DNA of 64,000 nucleotides from Paracoccaceae bacterium. Its GTDB lineage: Bacteria; Pseudomonadota; Alphaproteobacteria; Rhodobacterales; Rhodobacteraceae. Where the stretch lies: assembly GCA_965247915.1 (NCBI GenBank), contig OZ252048.1:2859740-2923739 (forward strand), written 5' to 3'. The notes beneath the pieces were generated by a model that worked only from the letters and a program-made list of their open reading frames with translations, did not search any database and was not told where the DNA came from. Positions 11,801 to 19,700 of the stretch are shown piece by piece (within the stretch, counting starts at the first letter, position 1; each line of letters opens with the position of its first letter). Made by a program: the position numbers and the translations under genes.

Positions 11801-13748
11801 AGGCCGGGCTCAGCGCCAGCGTCACGCTCGGCGTCGCCTCGTCGTCGGTCAGCGTCAGGGTCTGATCGGAAGGCGCCGTGACCCCCTGGGTGTTGGCCGC
11901 CGTCGCCGACACCGTCACCGTCTTGTCCGGCGCGTCGACGCTGTTGTCGACCCCGGTGATGGTCACCACGCCGGTGCTCGTCGTGGCGCCGGCCGCGATC
12001 GTCAGCGTGGTGTTGGTGCTCAGCGCGAAGTCGCCGGCCACCGCCGGGGAGACCGCCGTCGCCGACACCGTCACCGTGGTCGCCTGGCTCGACGCCCCGC
12101 TCAGCGTCGCCGTCACCGTGCTGACCCCGCCGTTCTCGCTCACCGAGGCCGGGCTCAGCGCCAGCGTCACGCTCGGCGTCGCCTCGTCGTCGGTCAGCGT
12201 CAGGGTCTGATTGGAAGGCGCCGTGACCCCCTGGGTGTTGGCCGCCGTCGCCGACACCGTCACCGTCTTGTCCGGCGCGTCGACGCTGTTGTCGACCCCG
12301 GTGATGGTCACCACGCCGGTGCTCGTCGTGGCGCCGGCCGCGATCGTCAGCGTGGTGTTGGTGCTCAGCGCAAAGTCGCCGGCCACCGCCGGGGAGACCG
12401 CCGTCGCCGACACCGTCACCGTGGTCGCCTGGCTCGACGCCCCGCTCAGCGTCGCCGTCACCGTGCTGACCCCGCCGTTCTCGCTCACCGAGGCCGGGCT
12501 CAGCGCCAGCGTCACGCTCGGCGTCGCCTCGTCGTCGGTCAGCGTCAGGGTCTGATTGGAAGGCGCCGTGACCCCCTGGGTGTTGGCCGCCGTCGCCGAC
12601 ACCGTCACCGTCTTGTCCGGCGCGTCGACGCTGTTGTCGACCCCGGTGATGGTCACCACGCCGGTGCTCGTCGTGGCGCCGGCCGCGATCGTCAGCGTGG
12701 TGTTGGTGCTCAGCGCAAAGTCGCCGGCCACCGCCGGGGAGACCGCCGTCGCCGACACCGTCACCGTGGTCGCCTGGCTCGACGCCCCGCTCAGCGTCGC
12801 CGTCACCGTGCTGACCCCGCCGTTCTCGCTCACCGAGGCCGGGCTCAGCGCCAGCGTCACGCTCGGCGTCGCCTCGTCGTCGGTCAGCGTCAGGGTCTGA
12901 TTGGAAGGCGCCGTGACCCCTTGGGTGTTGGCCGCCGTCGCCGACACCGTCACCGTCTTGTCCGGCGCGTCGACGCTGTTGTCGACCCCGGTGATGGTCA
13001 CCACGCCGGTGCTCGTCGTGGCGCCGGCCGCGATCGTCAGCGTGGTGTTGGTGCTCAGCGCAAAGTCGCCGGCCACCGCCGGGGAGACCGCCGTCGCCGA
13101 CACCGTCACCGTGGTCGCCTGGCTCGACGCCCCGCTCAGCGTCGCCGTCACCGTGCTGACCCCGCCGTTCTCGCTCACCGAGGCCGGGCTCAGCGCCAGC
13201 GTCACGCTCGGCGTCGCCTCGTCGTCGGTCAGCGTCAGGGTCTGATTGGAAGGCGCCGTGACCCCCGTGCCGCCGGTCACCGTCCCCGACACCGTCACCG
13301 TCTTGTCCGGCGCGTCGACGCTGTTGTCGACCCCGGTGATGGTCACCACGCCGGTGCTCGCCGTGGCGTTGGCCGCGATCGTCAGCGTGGTGTTGGTGCT
13401 CAGCGCGAAGTCGCCGGCCACCGCCGGGGCCACCGCCGTCGCCCCCACCGTCACCGTAAACGCCGTAGTCGACGCGGGGGCCACGGTTGCCGTCACCGTG
13501 CTGACCCCGCCGTTCTCGCTCACCGAGGCCGGGCTCAGCGCCAGCGTCACCGTCTGCGCGCTGGCGCTGGTTGGCAGAGCCAGAAACGCGGAGGCCGCTA
13601 TCAGAAACGCCGCGATTGCGCCGGGCGCTGCCTTGGTGATAGTATTGCTGAGTCGAGAAACGCCGCCCCGGCTTAGGGATACGCGATGTGCATTTGCGCG
13701 GCGGAGCGCGCGCCATGCCTTGATTTTTGAGAGAATCACAAACGTCAC
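5898..13748 (-). CDS. Giant autotransporter AT2 with 17 Calx-beta-like repeats, one canonical Calx-beta domain and a C-terminal beta-domain
   Basis: 2616-aa ORF. Features in order: signal-like AAFLIAASAFLALPTSASA; 17 repeats of 115 aa; a Calx-beta motif (DWSTEDGTAKTPDDY...ETFVVRL); a barrel ending GVMLRMQASW. The true start is uncertain and may be internal. Confidence 0.85.
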   Translation of the reverse strand: MTFVILSKIKAWRALRRANAHRVSLSRGGVSRLSNTITKAAPGAIAAFLIAASAFLALPTSASAQTVTLALSPASVSENGGVSTVTATVAPASTTAFTVTVGATAVAPAVAGDFALSTNTTLTIAANATASTGVVTITGVDNSVDAPDKTVTVSGTVTGGTGVTAPSNQTLTLTDDEATPSVTLALSPASVSENGGVSTVTATLSGASSQATTVTVSATAVSPAVAGDFALSTNTTLTIAAGATTSTGVVTITGVDNSVDAPDKTVTVSATAANTQGVTAPSNQTLTLTDDEATPSVTLALSPASVSENGGVSTVTATLSGASSQATTVTVSATAVSPAVAGDFALSTNTTLTIAAGATTSTGVVTITGVDNSVDAPDKTVTVSATAANTQGVTAPSNQTLTLTDDEATPSVTLALSPASVSENGGVSTVTATLSGASSQATTVTVSATAVSPAVAGDFALSTNTTLTIAAGATTSTGVVTITGVDNSVDAPDKTVTVSATAANTQGVTAPSNQTLTLTDDEATPSVTLALSPASVSENGGVSTVTATLSGASSQATTVTVSATAVSPAVAGDFALSTNTTLTIAAGATTSTGVVTITGVDNSVDAPDKTVTVSATAANTQGVTAPSDQTLTLTDDEATPSVTLALSPASVSENGGVSTVTATLSGASSQATTVTVSATAVSPAVAGDFALSTNTTLTIAAGATTSTGVVTITGVDNSVDAPDKTVTVSATAANTQGVTAPSDQTLTLTDDEATPSVTLALSPASVSENGGVSTVTATLSGASSQATTVTVSATAVSPAVAGDFALSTNTTLTIAAGATTSTGVVTITGVDNSVDAPDKTVTVSATAANTQGVTAPSDQTLTLTDDEATPSVTLALSPASVSENGGVSTVTATLSGASSQATTVTVSATAVSPAVAGDFALSTNTTLTIAAGATTSTGVVTITGVDNSVDAPDKTVTVSATAANTQGVTAPSNQTLTLTDDEATPSVTLALSPASVSENGGVSTVTATLSGASSQATTVTVSATAVAPAVAGDFALSTNTTLTIAAGATTSTGVVTITGVDNSVDAPDKSVTVSATAANTQGVTAPSDQTLTLTDDEATPSVTLALSPASVSENGGVSTVTATLSGASSQATTVTVSATAVSPAVAGDFALSTNTTLTIAANATTSTGVVTITGVDNSVDAPDKSVTVSATAANTQGVTAPSDQTLTLTDDEATPSVTLALSPASVSENGGVSTVTATLSGASSQATTVTVSATAVSPAVAGDSALSTNTTLSFAAGATTSTGVVTITGVDNSVDAPDKTVTVSATAANTQGVTAPSDQTLTLTDDEATPSVTLALSPASVSENGGVSTVTATLSGASSQATTVTVSATAVAPAVAGDFALSTNTTLTIAAGATTSTGVVTITGVDNSVDAPDKSVTVSATAANTQGVTAPSDQTLTLTDDEATPSVTLALSPASVSENGGVSTVTATLSGASSQATTVTVSATAVSPAVAGDFALSTNTTLTIAANATTSTGVVTITGVDNSVDAPDKSVTVSATAANTQGVTAPSDQTLTLTDDEATPSVTLALSPASVSENGGVSTVTATLSGASSQATTVTVSATAVSPAVAGDFALSTNTTLSFAAGATTSTGVVTITGVDNSVDAPDKTVTVSATAANTQGVTAPSDQTLTLTDDEATPSVTLALSPASVSENGGVSTVTATLSGASSQATTVTVSATAVSPAVAGDFALSTNTTLTIAAGATTSTGVVTITGVDNSVDAPDKTVTVSATAANTQGVTAPSNQTLTLTDDEATPSVTLALSPASVSENGGVSTVTATLSGASSQATTVTVSATAVSPAVAGDFALSTNTTLTIAANATTSTGVVTITGVDNSVDAPDKTVTVSATAANTQGVTAPSDQTLTLTDDEATPSVTLALSPASVSENGGVSTVTATLSGASSQATTVTVSATAVSPAVAGDFALSTNTTLTIAAGATTSTGVVTITGVDNSVDAPDKTVTVSATAANTQGVTAPSDQTLTLTDDEDARNLSVSDRVIDEGGTARFTVKLSGAVASNVTVDWSTEDGTAKTPDDYTHGSGTLIFEQTASSFVQTVEVQTIRDAVAEGTETFVVRLSNVTSTVPVSLASNSPATGTILDNAEDAATARIGRVNEEIVPRVAQAMVASTLTAITGRIDAVASGVPPAGAVNLADQSSIYRLLKANERSLEQGTFDLKALLDGRSFVLPLHAAEDGNNVPGGLGGLAIWGSGDYTSLKGRPDSLVEWEGNIVTAHLGADTRLNEKVLAGMSVSWSRGSFDYTDRTSTAQGGGLTVSGDYKSRMTSVHPYLGWTSPQGLGMWATVGYGQGEVEIDDDLLAPQSSDTTLKMVAAGASGTLLSDDGLIAGGTTTLKLKGEGALSRIELEGNGLQINPLTTDIQRLRLSLEGSHAHELASGASLTPALEVGVRHDGGDGVTGNGYELGGSLRYFDPSNGVTLEGHGRVLLAHEDEYEEWGVGGLVRVDPGPSGHGLSLSMALVYGDATSGTARLWDQDVAELATDDGAANDNVPQMRLDSELGYGFSTLGGHGLLTPYGGFSLAGEGSRRYRIGIRFEIAPAFDLSFEGARREPANDDAAEHGVMLRMQASW
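7697..13550. repeat. Tandem array of 17 near-identical 345-bp units, in frame inside AT2
   Basis: Complementary-strand ORFs recur at exact 345-bp spacing (7738, 8083, 8428 ... 13258). Units differ by only a few substitutions. The promoter-proximal unit (13258-13550) is the most divergent. Confidence 0.95.
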
Positions 13749-14138
13749 AGCACGATCCTCAATCCAACAAGTCTACTCCAGACACCGGGAATTACTACAT
13801 CCCCGCCACCACGCTCAGCCACAAAAGGCGTGTATACCAGAACAATATGCCAGAGCAATGGTGAATGCTAGGGTTAGGGTTGCGGGGCCACCACCTCGCT
13901 CGCACACGATCAACGATCCGGTGAAGCATTGCAGGTCCCTCATGCCCCTTGGCTTTCGCCACCGGTGAGCCAATGCGGAAGAACCCGGGAACGACCACGG
14001 GGCGGGGCCATGTTCGTTTTTCTCCCGCGGGTCCCCGGCAGTTTCTGCGCCTCACCTAGGCCGCCAGCATGTACACGTAAGCGCGTTTGCTGGGATGGGT
14101 CGACGCGAAGCGCGAGGCAAGTGGAAAATCGATGGTGA

Positions 14139-14330
14139 GGCAGGCGCGGCCTACTGACGCCCTATAGCGGTCTCTCGCTCGCCGGCGAAGGCACACAACG
14201 CTACCGGATCGGCGGTCGCTTCGAGATCGGGTCGGCACTTCAGCTCAGCCTCGAAGGCGAGCGCCGCGAGCCGGCCACCGACGCTGCTGCGGACCATGAC
14301 GTCATGCTGCGGGGACAGTTGCGATTCTGA
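14139..14330 (+). pseudogene. Orphan remnant of an autotransporter beta-domain C-terminus
   Basis: My + strand translation is GRRGLLTPYSGLSLAGEGTQRYRIGGRFEIGSALQLSLEGERREPATDAAADHDVMLRGQLRF*. This aligns with GGRGLLTPYGGFSLAGEGSRRYRIGIRFEIAPAFDLSFEGARREPANDDAAEHGVMLRLQVSW* of AT1. A TGA lies immediately upstream at 14136. Confidence 0.6.
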
Positions 14331-14502
14331 CGACTCTAGCATGCCGGCCCTTGACGGGTTGCTCCGCTGTTCCTCAGCGGCGATTCATTCATCGATGCGA
14401 CGTCGGCGTCCGGCTCGCGTGCCGGACCGCTGTTGAGGACAGACGAATTGCGCTGCGACCCTGACCGGGCTCGCAGCGATGTACAGTCGGATGAGGACGA
14501 CA

Positions 14503-14724
14503 ATGGACGAACGCATGAAGACTCATGGCGACCTCGGGTGGTGCGAGCTGATGACCGACGAGGTCGAGACGGCGCGCGAGTTCTATACCGGCGTGATCGG
14601 ATGGAGCAGCGAAGTTATGGACGTCGGGAAAGGCCCCTGCACGATGTTCAAGATCGGTGATCGTCCGGTCGCCGGCCTGATGGCCGAACCACCGGCGGCC
14701 GCCGGGTACCGCCCCCGGGTCCGA
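14503..14724 (+). pseudogene. VOC/glyoxalase-fold protein, C-terminally truncated
   Basis: HGDLGWCELMTDEVETAREFYTGVIGWSS...FKIGDRPVAGLM matches the VOC-family N-terminal half from memory. Similarity is lost near 14720 and the ORF runs on into unrelated sequence. Confidence 0.4.
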
Positions 14725-15034
14725 TCCGCTTATTACGGGCGCGTTTATCGCCATATTTCCCGAAGGAACGGGGCAGATATACGCGCCTCGGCCACAAAAT
14801 TCCAGTGTGCAGACGAAACATTTGCGATCAAATCGCTAAAATTCATCCCACCAGGCACCGAAAAATTCCTCAAAAATGAGAGTAAGCAAATCCTTAAAAG
14901 ACCCCCTTATTGCAGAAGTCCTGACATAGTCTTGCCGGAATTCATCTGTCTAAAGCGGTTTGCGTTTGATGTGAATCGAAAGGGGATTCCCAAAGTGTTG
15001 TTTGTCTGATTCATTTCCCGTGAGGAGGTGGAGC

Positions 15035-15576
15035 ATGGGCAAACCGTATTCTTTGGATCTTCGGCAGCGGATATGCGGGTATATTGCGGCCGGAAACTCT
15101 TGTCGCGCTGCGGGGCGGGTTTATGGCGTCAGTGCAGCGACGGCGGTGCGTTATGCGGCGGATCAACGTGAGCGGGGCGAGGTCACACCCAAGCCACAGG
15201 GCAGGCCAGCGGGCCGGTTTGGCAAGCTGGCACCGCATGCGGGTTTCCTGATCGAGATTGTCCGGGCTGAACCGGACATAACATTGCAGGAACTTGCGGG
15301 TGCGCTTGCGGAGACGCACGGCGTGAGCGTTCAGCTCTCCTCAATCCACCGGGCTCTGGAACGCGCAGGGTTTTCATATAAAAAAAGGACTTGTCGCGCA
15401 GGAACGTGACCGGCCCGCCCTGCATAAGGCGCGAAGGGAATGGATCAGCCGCCGCCAGCCGCGCATGCGCGCCGAACCGCACAGGCTGGTATTCATCGAT
15501 GAAACCGCCGTCAAAACCAACCTCACCCGGTTGCGCGGGCGCAGCTTCAGGGGTGAGCGGCTTTATGGCACCGCAC
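15035..15576 (+). pseudogene. IS630-family transposase, 5' part, frameshifted at an A7 run and truncated by the IS903-group insertion
   Basis: ATG at 15035 follows GAGGAGG. The HTH region is MGKPYSLDLRQRI...GVSAATAVRY. After the A run at 15380-15386 the +1 frame reads KKGLVAQERDRPALHKARREWISRRQ...LVFIDETAVKT (start of the DDE domain). This ends at the IS boundary at 15577. Confidence 0.7.
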
Positions 15577-16677
15577 GGCGTTGTTGCACGGATCGGGTGT
15601 CAAGTGTTAACACAGGCTTTTGCCACGACCACGGATATGCTTAATGCCGCATAAATTCAACACCTCCCGCCGGCACAAGTTTGCGAAGAAGAAATATCGG
15701 GTGACGAACTGGTGCGGGTATAATGAAAGCCTGCGAAATCGTGGTGATTTGACGGTCTGGATCACAGGGGATGCGCGAAAGCACTGGGCTGCACCACGGC
15801 GCAGGTCGCGCGGCGGCCAGCCGCGATACTCGGATCTGGCGATCACGATGTGCCTGACGCTGGGCATGGTTTACAGGTTGCCGCTGCGCCAGACCCAAGG
15901 GCTGATACGCAGCATATCAAAGCTGATGCTGCTGGAAATTTCAGTTCCTGATTTCTCGACCCTGTCGCGCCGAGGGCGTGGTCTGAGCCTTCCGGCAAGG
16001 CCCAAAATCAAAATAACAGATCCGGTCCACTTGGCCATCGACAGTACGGGTTTGAAGGTTTTCGATGAGGGTGAGTGGCTGCAAAGCAAGTATAATGTAA
16101 AGGCCAAACGCAAACGGTGGCGTAAACTTCACCTTGGTCTGAACCTTGTGACTGGCGATATCGTTTGTTCGGATTTAACGCTGGATGACGTTGGCGATCC
16201 AACAGTGCTGCCTGATCTATTAAATCAGATTGGCACTCCGGTCTCCCGGTTTATAGCGGACGGTGCCTACGACGGCGCACCGACCAGTGACTTGCTTAAG
16301 GCACGATTTGGCGAGGCGGTTGAAATCATTATTCCTCCACCGAAGAACGCCATTCCAAGCCCGCAATCCAAGTGTTTTCCCTCACTTCGAGACCGACATA
16401 TTGTTAAAATTCAAACTCATGGCCGCATGGCCTGGCAATCTGGCAGTGGCTACAATCAGCGCAGTAGAATTGAGACACAGATGGGGCGCTGGAAGGCTAT
16501 TATCGGGCCAAAACTGAAAGCCCGCTGTTTCGAAAATCAGCAAACGGAGGCCAAAATCGGCGTCGCCATTCTCAACAAAATGACCGAACTCGGCCGACCC
16601 GTGTTCAAACAAATCTCATAGCCTGTATCACGGGTAAGGGCGGCTTGCGACTATTGTCTGATCCATGCAACAACGCC
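15577..16677 (+). mobile_element. IS5-family (IS903-group-like) element, copy A, 1101 bp
   Basis: Terminal inverted repeats are GGCGTTGTTGCACGGATC and GATCCATGCAACAACGCC, reminiscent of the IS903 IR GGCTTTGTTGAATAAATC. It is one of four copies. I saw no 9-bp target duplication. Confidence 0.85.
15620..16621 (+). CDS. IS5-family DDE transposase (copy A)
   Basis: 333-aa ORF, identical to copy B apart from one residue (E vs V) in the ORF track. The likely true start is MPHKFNTSRRHKF a few codons in. Confidence 0.85.
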   Translation: MPRPRICLMPHKFNTSRRHKFAKKKYRVTNWCGYNESLRNRGDLTVWITGDARKHWAAPRRRSRGGQPRYSDLAITMCLTLGMVYRLPLRQTQGLIRSISKLMLLEISVPDFSTLSRRGRGLSLPARPKIKITDPVHLAIDSTGLKVFDEGEWLQSKYNVKAKRKRWRKLHLGLNLVTGDIVCSDLTLDDVGDPTVLPDLLNQIGTPVSRFIADGAYDGAPTSDLLKARFGEAVEIIIPPPKNAIPSPQSKCFPSLRDRHIVKIQTHGRMAWQSGSGYNQRSRIETQMGRWKAIIGPKLKARCFENQQTEAKIGVAILNKMTELGRPVFKQIS

Positions 16678-16703
16678 CCGCGCGACCGGTTTCCGCCTCG
16701 GCC

Positions 16704-19700
16704 CTACCAGCTTGCCTGCATGCGCAGCATCACGCCGTGCTCCGCTGCCGCATCGTTGGCCGGCTCACGGCGCGCGCCCTCGAAGCTCAGGTCGAACGCA
16801 GGCGCGATCTCGAAGCGAATACCGATCCGGTAACGTCGCGACCCTTCGCCCGCCAGCGAGAACCCGCCATAGGGCGTCAGCAGCCCGTGCCCGCCGAGTG
16901 TGCTGAAGCCATAGCCAAGCTCGCTGTCCAGCCGCATCTGCGGGACGTTGTCATTGGCCGCCCCATCGTCGGTCGCCAGTTCTGCGACGTCCTGATCCCA
17001 CAACCGCGCAGTCCCGCTCGTCGCATCGCCGTAAACCAGCGCCATGCTCAACGACAGGCCGTGGCCGCTGGGGCCGGGATCAACCCGGACCAGTCCGCCA
17101 ACGCCCCATTCCTCGTATTCGTCCTCATGCGCAAGCAGAACCCGGCCGTGGCCTTCCAGCGTCACCCCGTTCGATGGGTCGAAGTAACGCAAGCTGCCGC
17201 CAAGCTCATACCCGTTCCCGGTCACTCCGTCGCCACCGTCATGGCGAACGCCAACTTCCAGCGCCGGCGTCAGCGATGCGCCCGAGGCCAGCTCATGCGC
17301 ATGGCTGCCCTCCAGCGACAGCCGAAGCCGCCAGGCGTTCACCGTCTGCTGCGCGATCAGGCCGTCGTCGCCCTCGACCTCGACCTGCGCCCACGAGGCC
17401 TCGCTCCGGAGCTCGAGCGCCATCGTGCCGCCCGCGATCGGCGATTCATCGGTCATCAAGGGACCGCTCGCGCCCATTGCCGCGGTCTTCAAGCTGGTAT
17501 CGCTCGTCTGCCGGCCGGCCTGCTCGTCGTCGATCTCCACCTCGCCCTGGCCGTAGCCGACCGTCGCCCACATCCCGAGACCCTGCGGTGAGGTCCAGCC
17601 GAGATAGGGATGCACGCTGGTCATGCGGCTCTTATAGTCGCCGCTCACCGGCACCGGCCCGGTCGCGGCGGTATAGTCGAATTCACCGACTGAGCGCGAC
17701 AGCGCGAGCCCGGTCAGGAGATCGTCGCGCAGACAACCATCGATGCCGATCTGGCCGGTCAGCACCGTGCCGTCCCAGGCAAGGGCGGACTCCGTGCTTT
17801 CGAGCGTGTGCCGCTCGCCACGGCCCCACACCACAGGCCCGCCACCCGTTCTGTCGCCGCTCGCCGCCGCGAGCGGCAGCCGGAAGGACGAGCCCGCCAG
17901 TACATCGTCGAGGGTGAGCGTGCCGTCCTCGAGGGCCTGGGCCTTGGCGTGCAGCGCACCATGGATCGTCGATCCCCCGGCCAGCGTGTAGGCGGCCGCC
18001 CGCTTGCCGCACGGATCGTCCATGCGCGCGCCGATCGCCCGGTTGGTGACATCGGCGATGGTCAGCGCGTGTTTGGAGAGGATCTCGGCGTTCAGGCGCC
18101 CGAAGCGCGCCTGGACCACGGCGCCTTCAGCGTCGACGATGGTCAGCGTGGCCGCGGCCGGCGCGCCTTTCGCCACGTTCGCGGGCAGCGTCCCGAATCT
18201 CAGCGCCACCCTCACGTCATGGAAATTGTCGTCTTGTTGGGCCTCTTCCGTGGCCTCGATGGTGAAGCTCCTGGTGGTGTCGCCCATCTCCTCGAATTTG
18301 AGCGTGACGGTCCCGGTCGCAGGATCCAAGACATCCGGATCCGTAACCGTAACCGTATAGTCGGCCGCCACGGTCCGGCCCCGCGGGGTCACCGTGATCG
18401 GGATCTCCAGCGCGTCGGCCGCTTGCTTGCTCAGCGTCACCGTCACCCTTACCGGATCGCCGCCCTCTTCGACCGCATAGGCCGCGGCGCCGAAGCGCAC
18501 CGAATACACCCGCACCACTTTAATGGCCATGGCGTACGCCACCACGCTGTCGCTCTCGCCGTCACTGACCTTGAACTCGAACGTCGCGAAAGGATCGCCG
18601 TGCGCGTTCTCCGGCGGAGTGTAGAGGAGGTTGCCCGCTTCGAGGTCGGCCGGCGTCACCTGCCGGGGTAGGGTGTCGCTGGTGATGGCCGCGCCGTTAA
18701 GCGACAGCGTCCCCCGGTCATTCCCCTCGTCATCCACGGGCGGCGAGGCGATCTTCACGTGGTGCAGCGTGTCCTCTTCGTCGTCTGAATAGGCGAAGTC
18801 TTTCATCGTAAAGCGGTACGGTTCGTTGTCGTACGTGGACACCTCTTTGCTGGAACCCGTGGGGGGGTTGTTGAACGGCGTGGCGTTCGCGGCGGATGCG
18901 TCGCCCTCGCCGGCATCGTTCATCGCGCGCACTGCCAACGTGTACTCGGTGCCGTTTTTCAGGCCGGGAACGGTGTATCCGGTGGCATTGGTCTGGCCAT
19001 GGGCGCTGCTGGGGATGTTGGTGAAGCTATCGTCACCGTTGATGCTGACCTGGTAGCCGGTGATGGTGCTGTCGTTCGGATCGGCCCACTCAAGCTCGAC
19101 CTGGCGGTAACCCGGTCCGACCGAGGAAATCTCCGGGGCGGCCGGCGGCGCAATCGGCCTGGCGGTCACGGTGGATGCCGGGCCGTTACCGGGATCGTTT
19201 ACCGCGCGCACCGCCAACGTGTACTCGGTGCCGTTGGTCAGGCCGGTCACGGTGTATCCGGTGGGGGGCGCATTGGGGTCGGTTACGGGGATGTTCGCCC
19301 AGTCAGTGTAGGTATTGTCGTCGCTGTTCCTCACCTTCGAGCGGACCTGGTACTTGGTGATCGATCTGTCGCTCGGATCGTTCCACGCAAGCACCACCTG
19401 GCCGTCGCCCGGCGTGGCCGAGGAAATCGTCGGGGCGTCCGGCACCGCAATCGGCGTGGCCCCCACGCTGGAGGCTTCGCCGTCACCGGAAGCGTTCACC
19501 GCGCGCAGCTCAAACCCGTACGCGCTGCCGTTAGTCAGGCCGGTCACGGTGTAGGTGGTGGTGGTCGCACTGCTGCCGACGATGTCGCTCCAGTCGCCGA
19601 AATCGGCGCCGCTCACCCTCTGCCGGACCTGGTACTTGGTGATGCTGCTGTCGTTCGGATCGTCCCAGGTCAGCACAGCCTGCCCGTTAGCCGCCATGGC

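Noticed and set aside
7738-13245. Series of 110- to 114-aa + strand ORFs at exact 345-bp spacing
   Set aside because: They are antisense artefacts of the tandem repeat, useful only as a ruler for the periodicity.
7697-13550. Regularly spaced repeats as a possible CRISPR array
   Set aside because: The units are 345 bp, contiguous with no unique spacers, and lie in frame within a coding sequence. This is not CRISPR architecture.
7149-13676. 2175-aa + strand ORF, and the 2019-aa minus-strand ORF at 7657..13716, overlapping AT2
   Set aside because: Both are alternative-frame readings of the GC-rich 345-bp repeat. Their products are low-complexity R/G/D/H strings that simply repeat with the array. 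The third frame (AT2) has recognisable domains and a barrel.
15380-15386. A7 run in the IS630 transposase as a programmed frameshift site
   Set aside because: The downstream DDE frame is reached by +1, not the usual -1. Removal of one A would also restore it, so a simple inactivating indel is equally likely. The element is truncated anyway.
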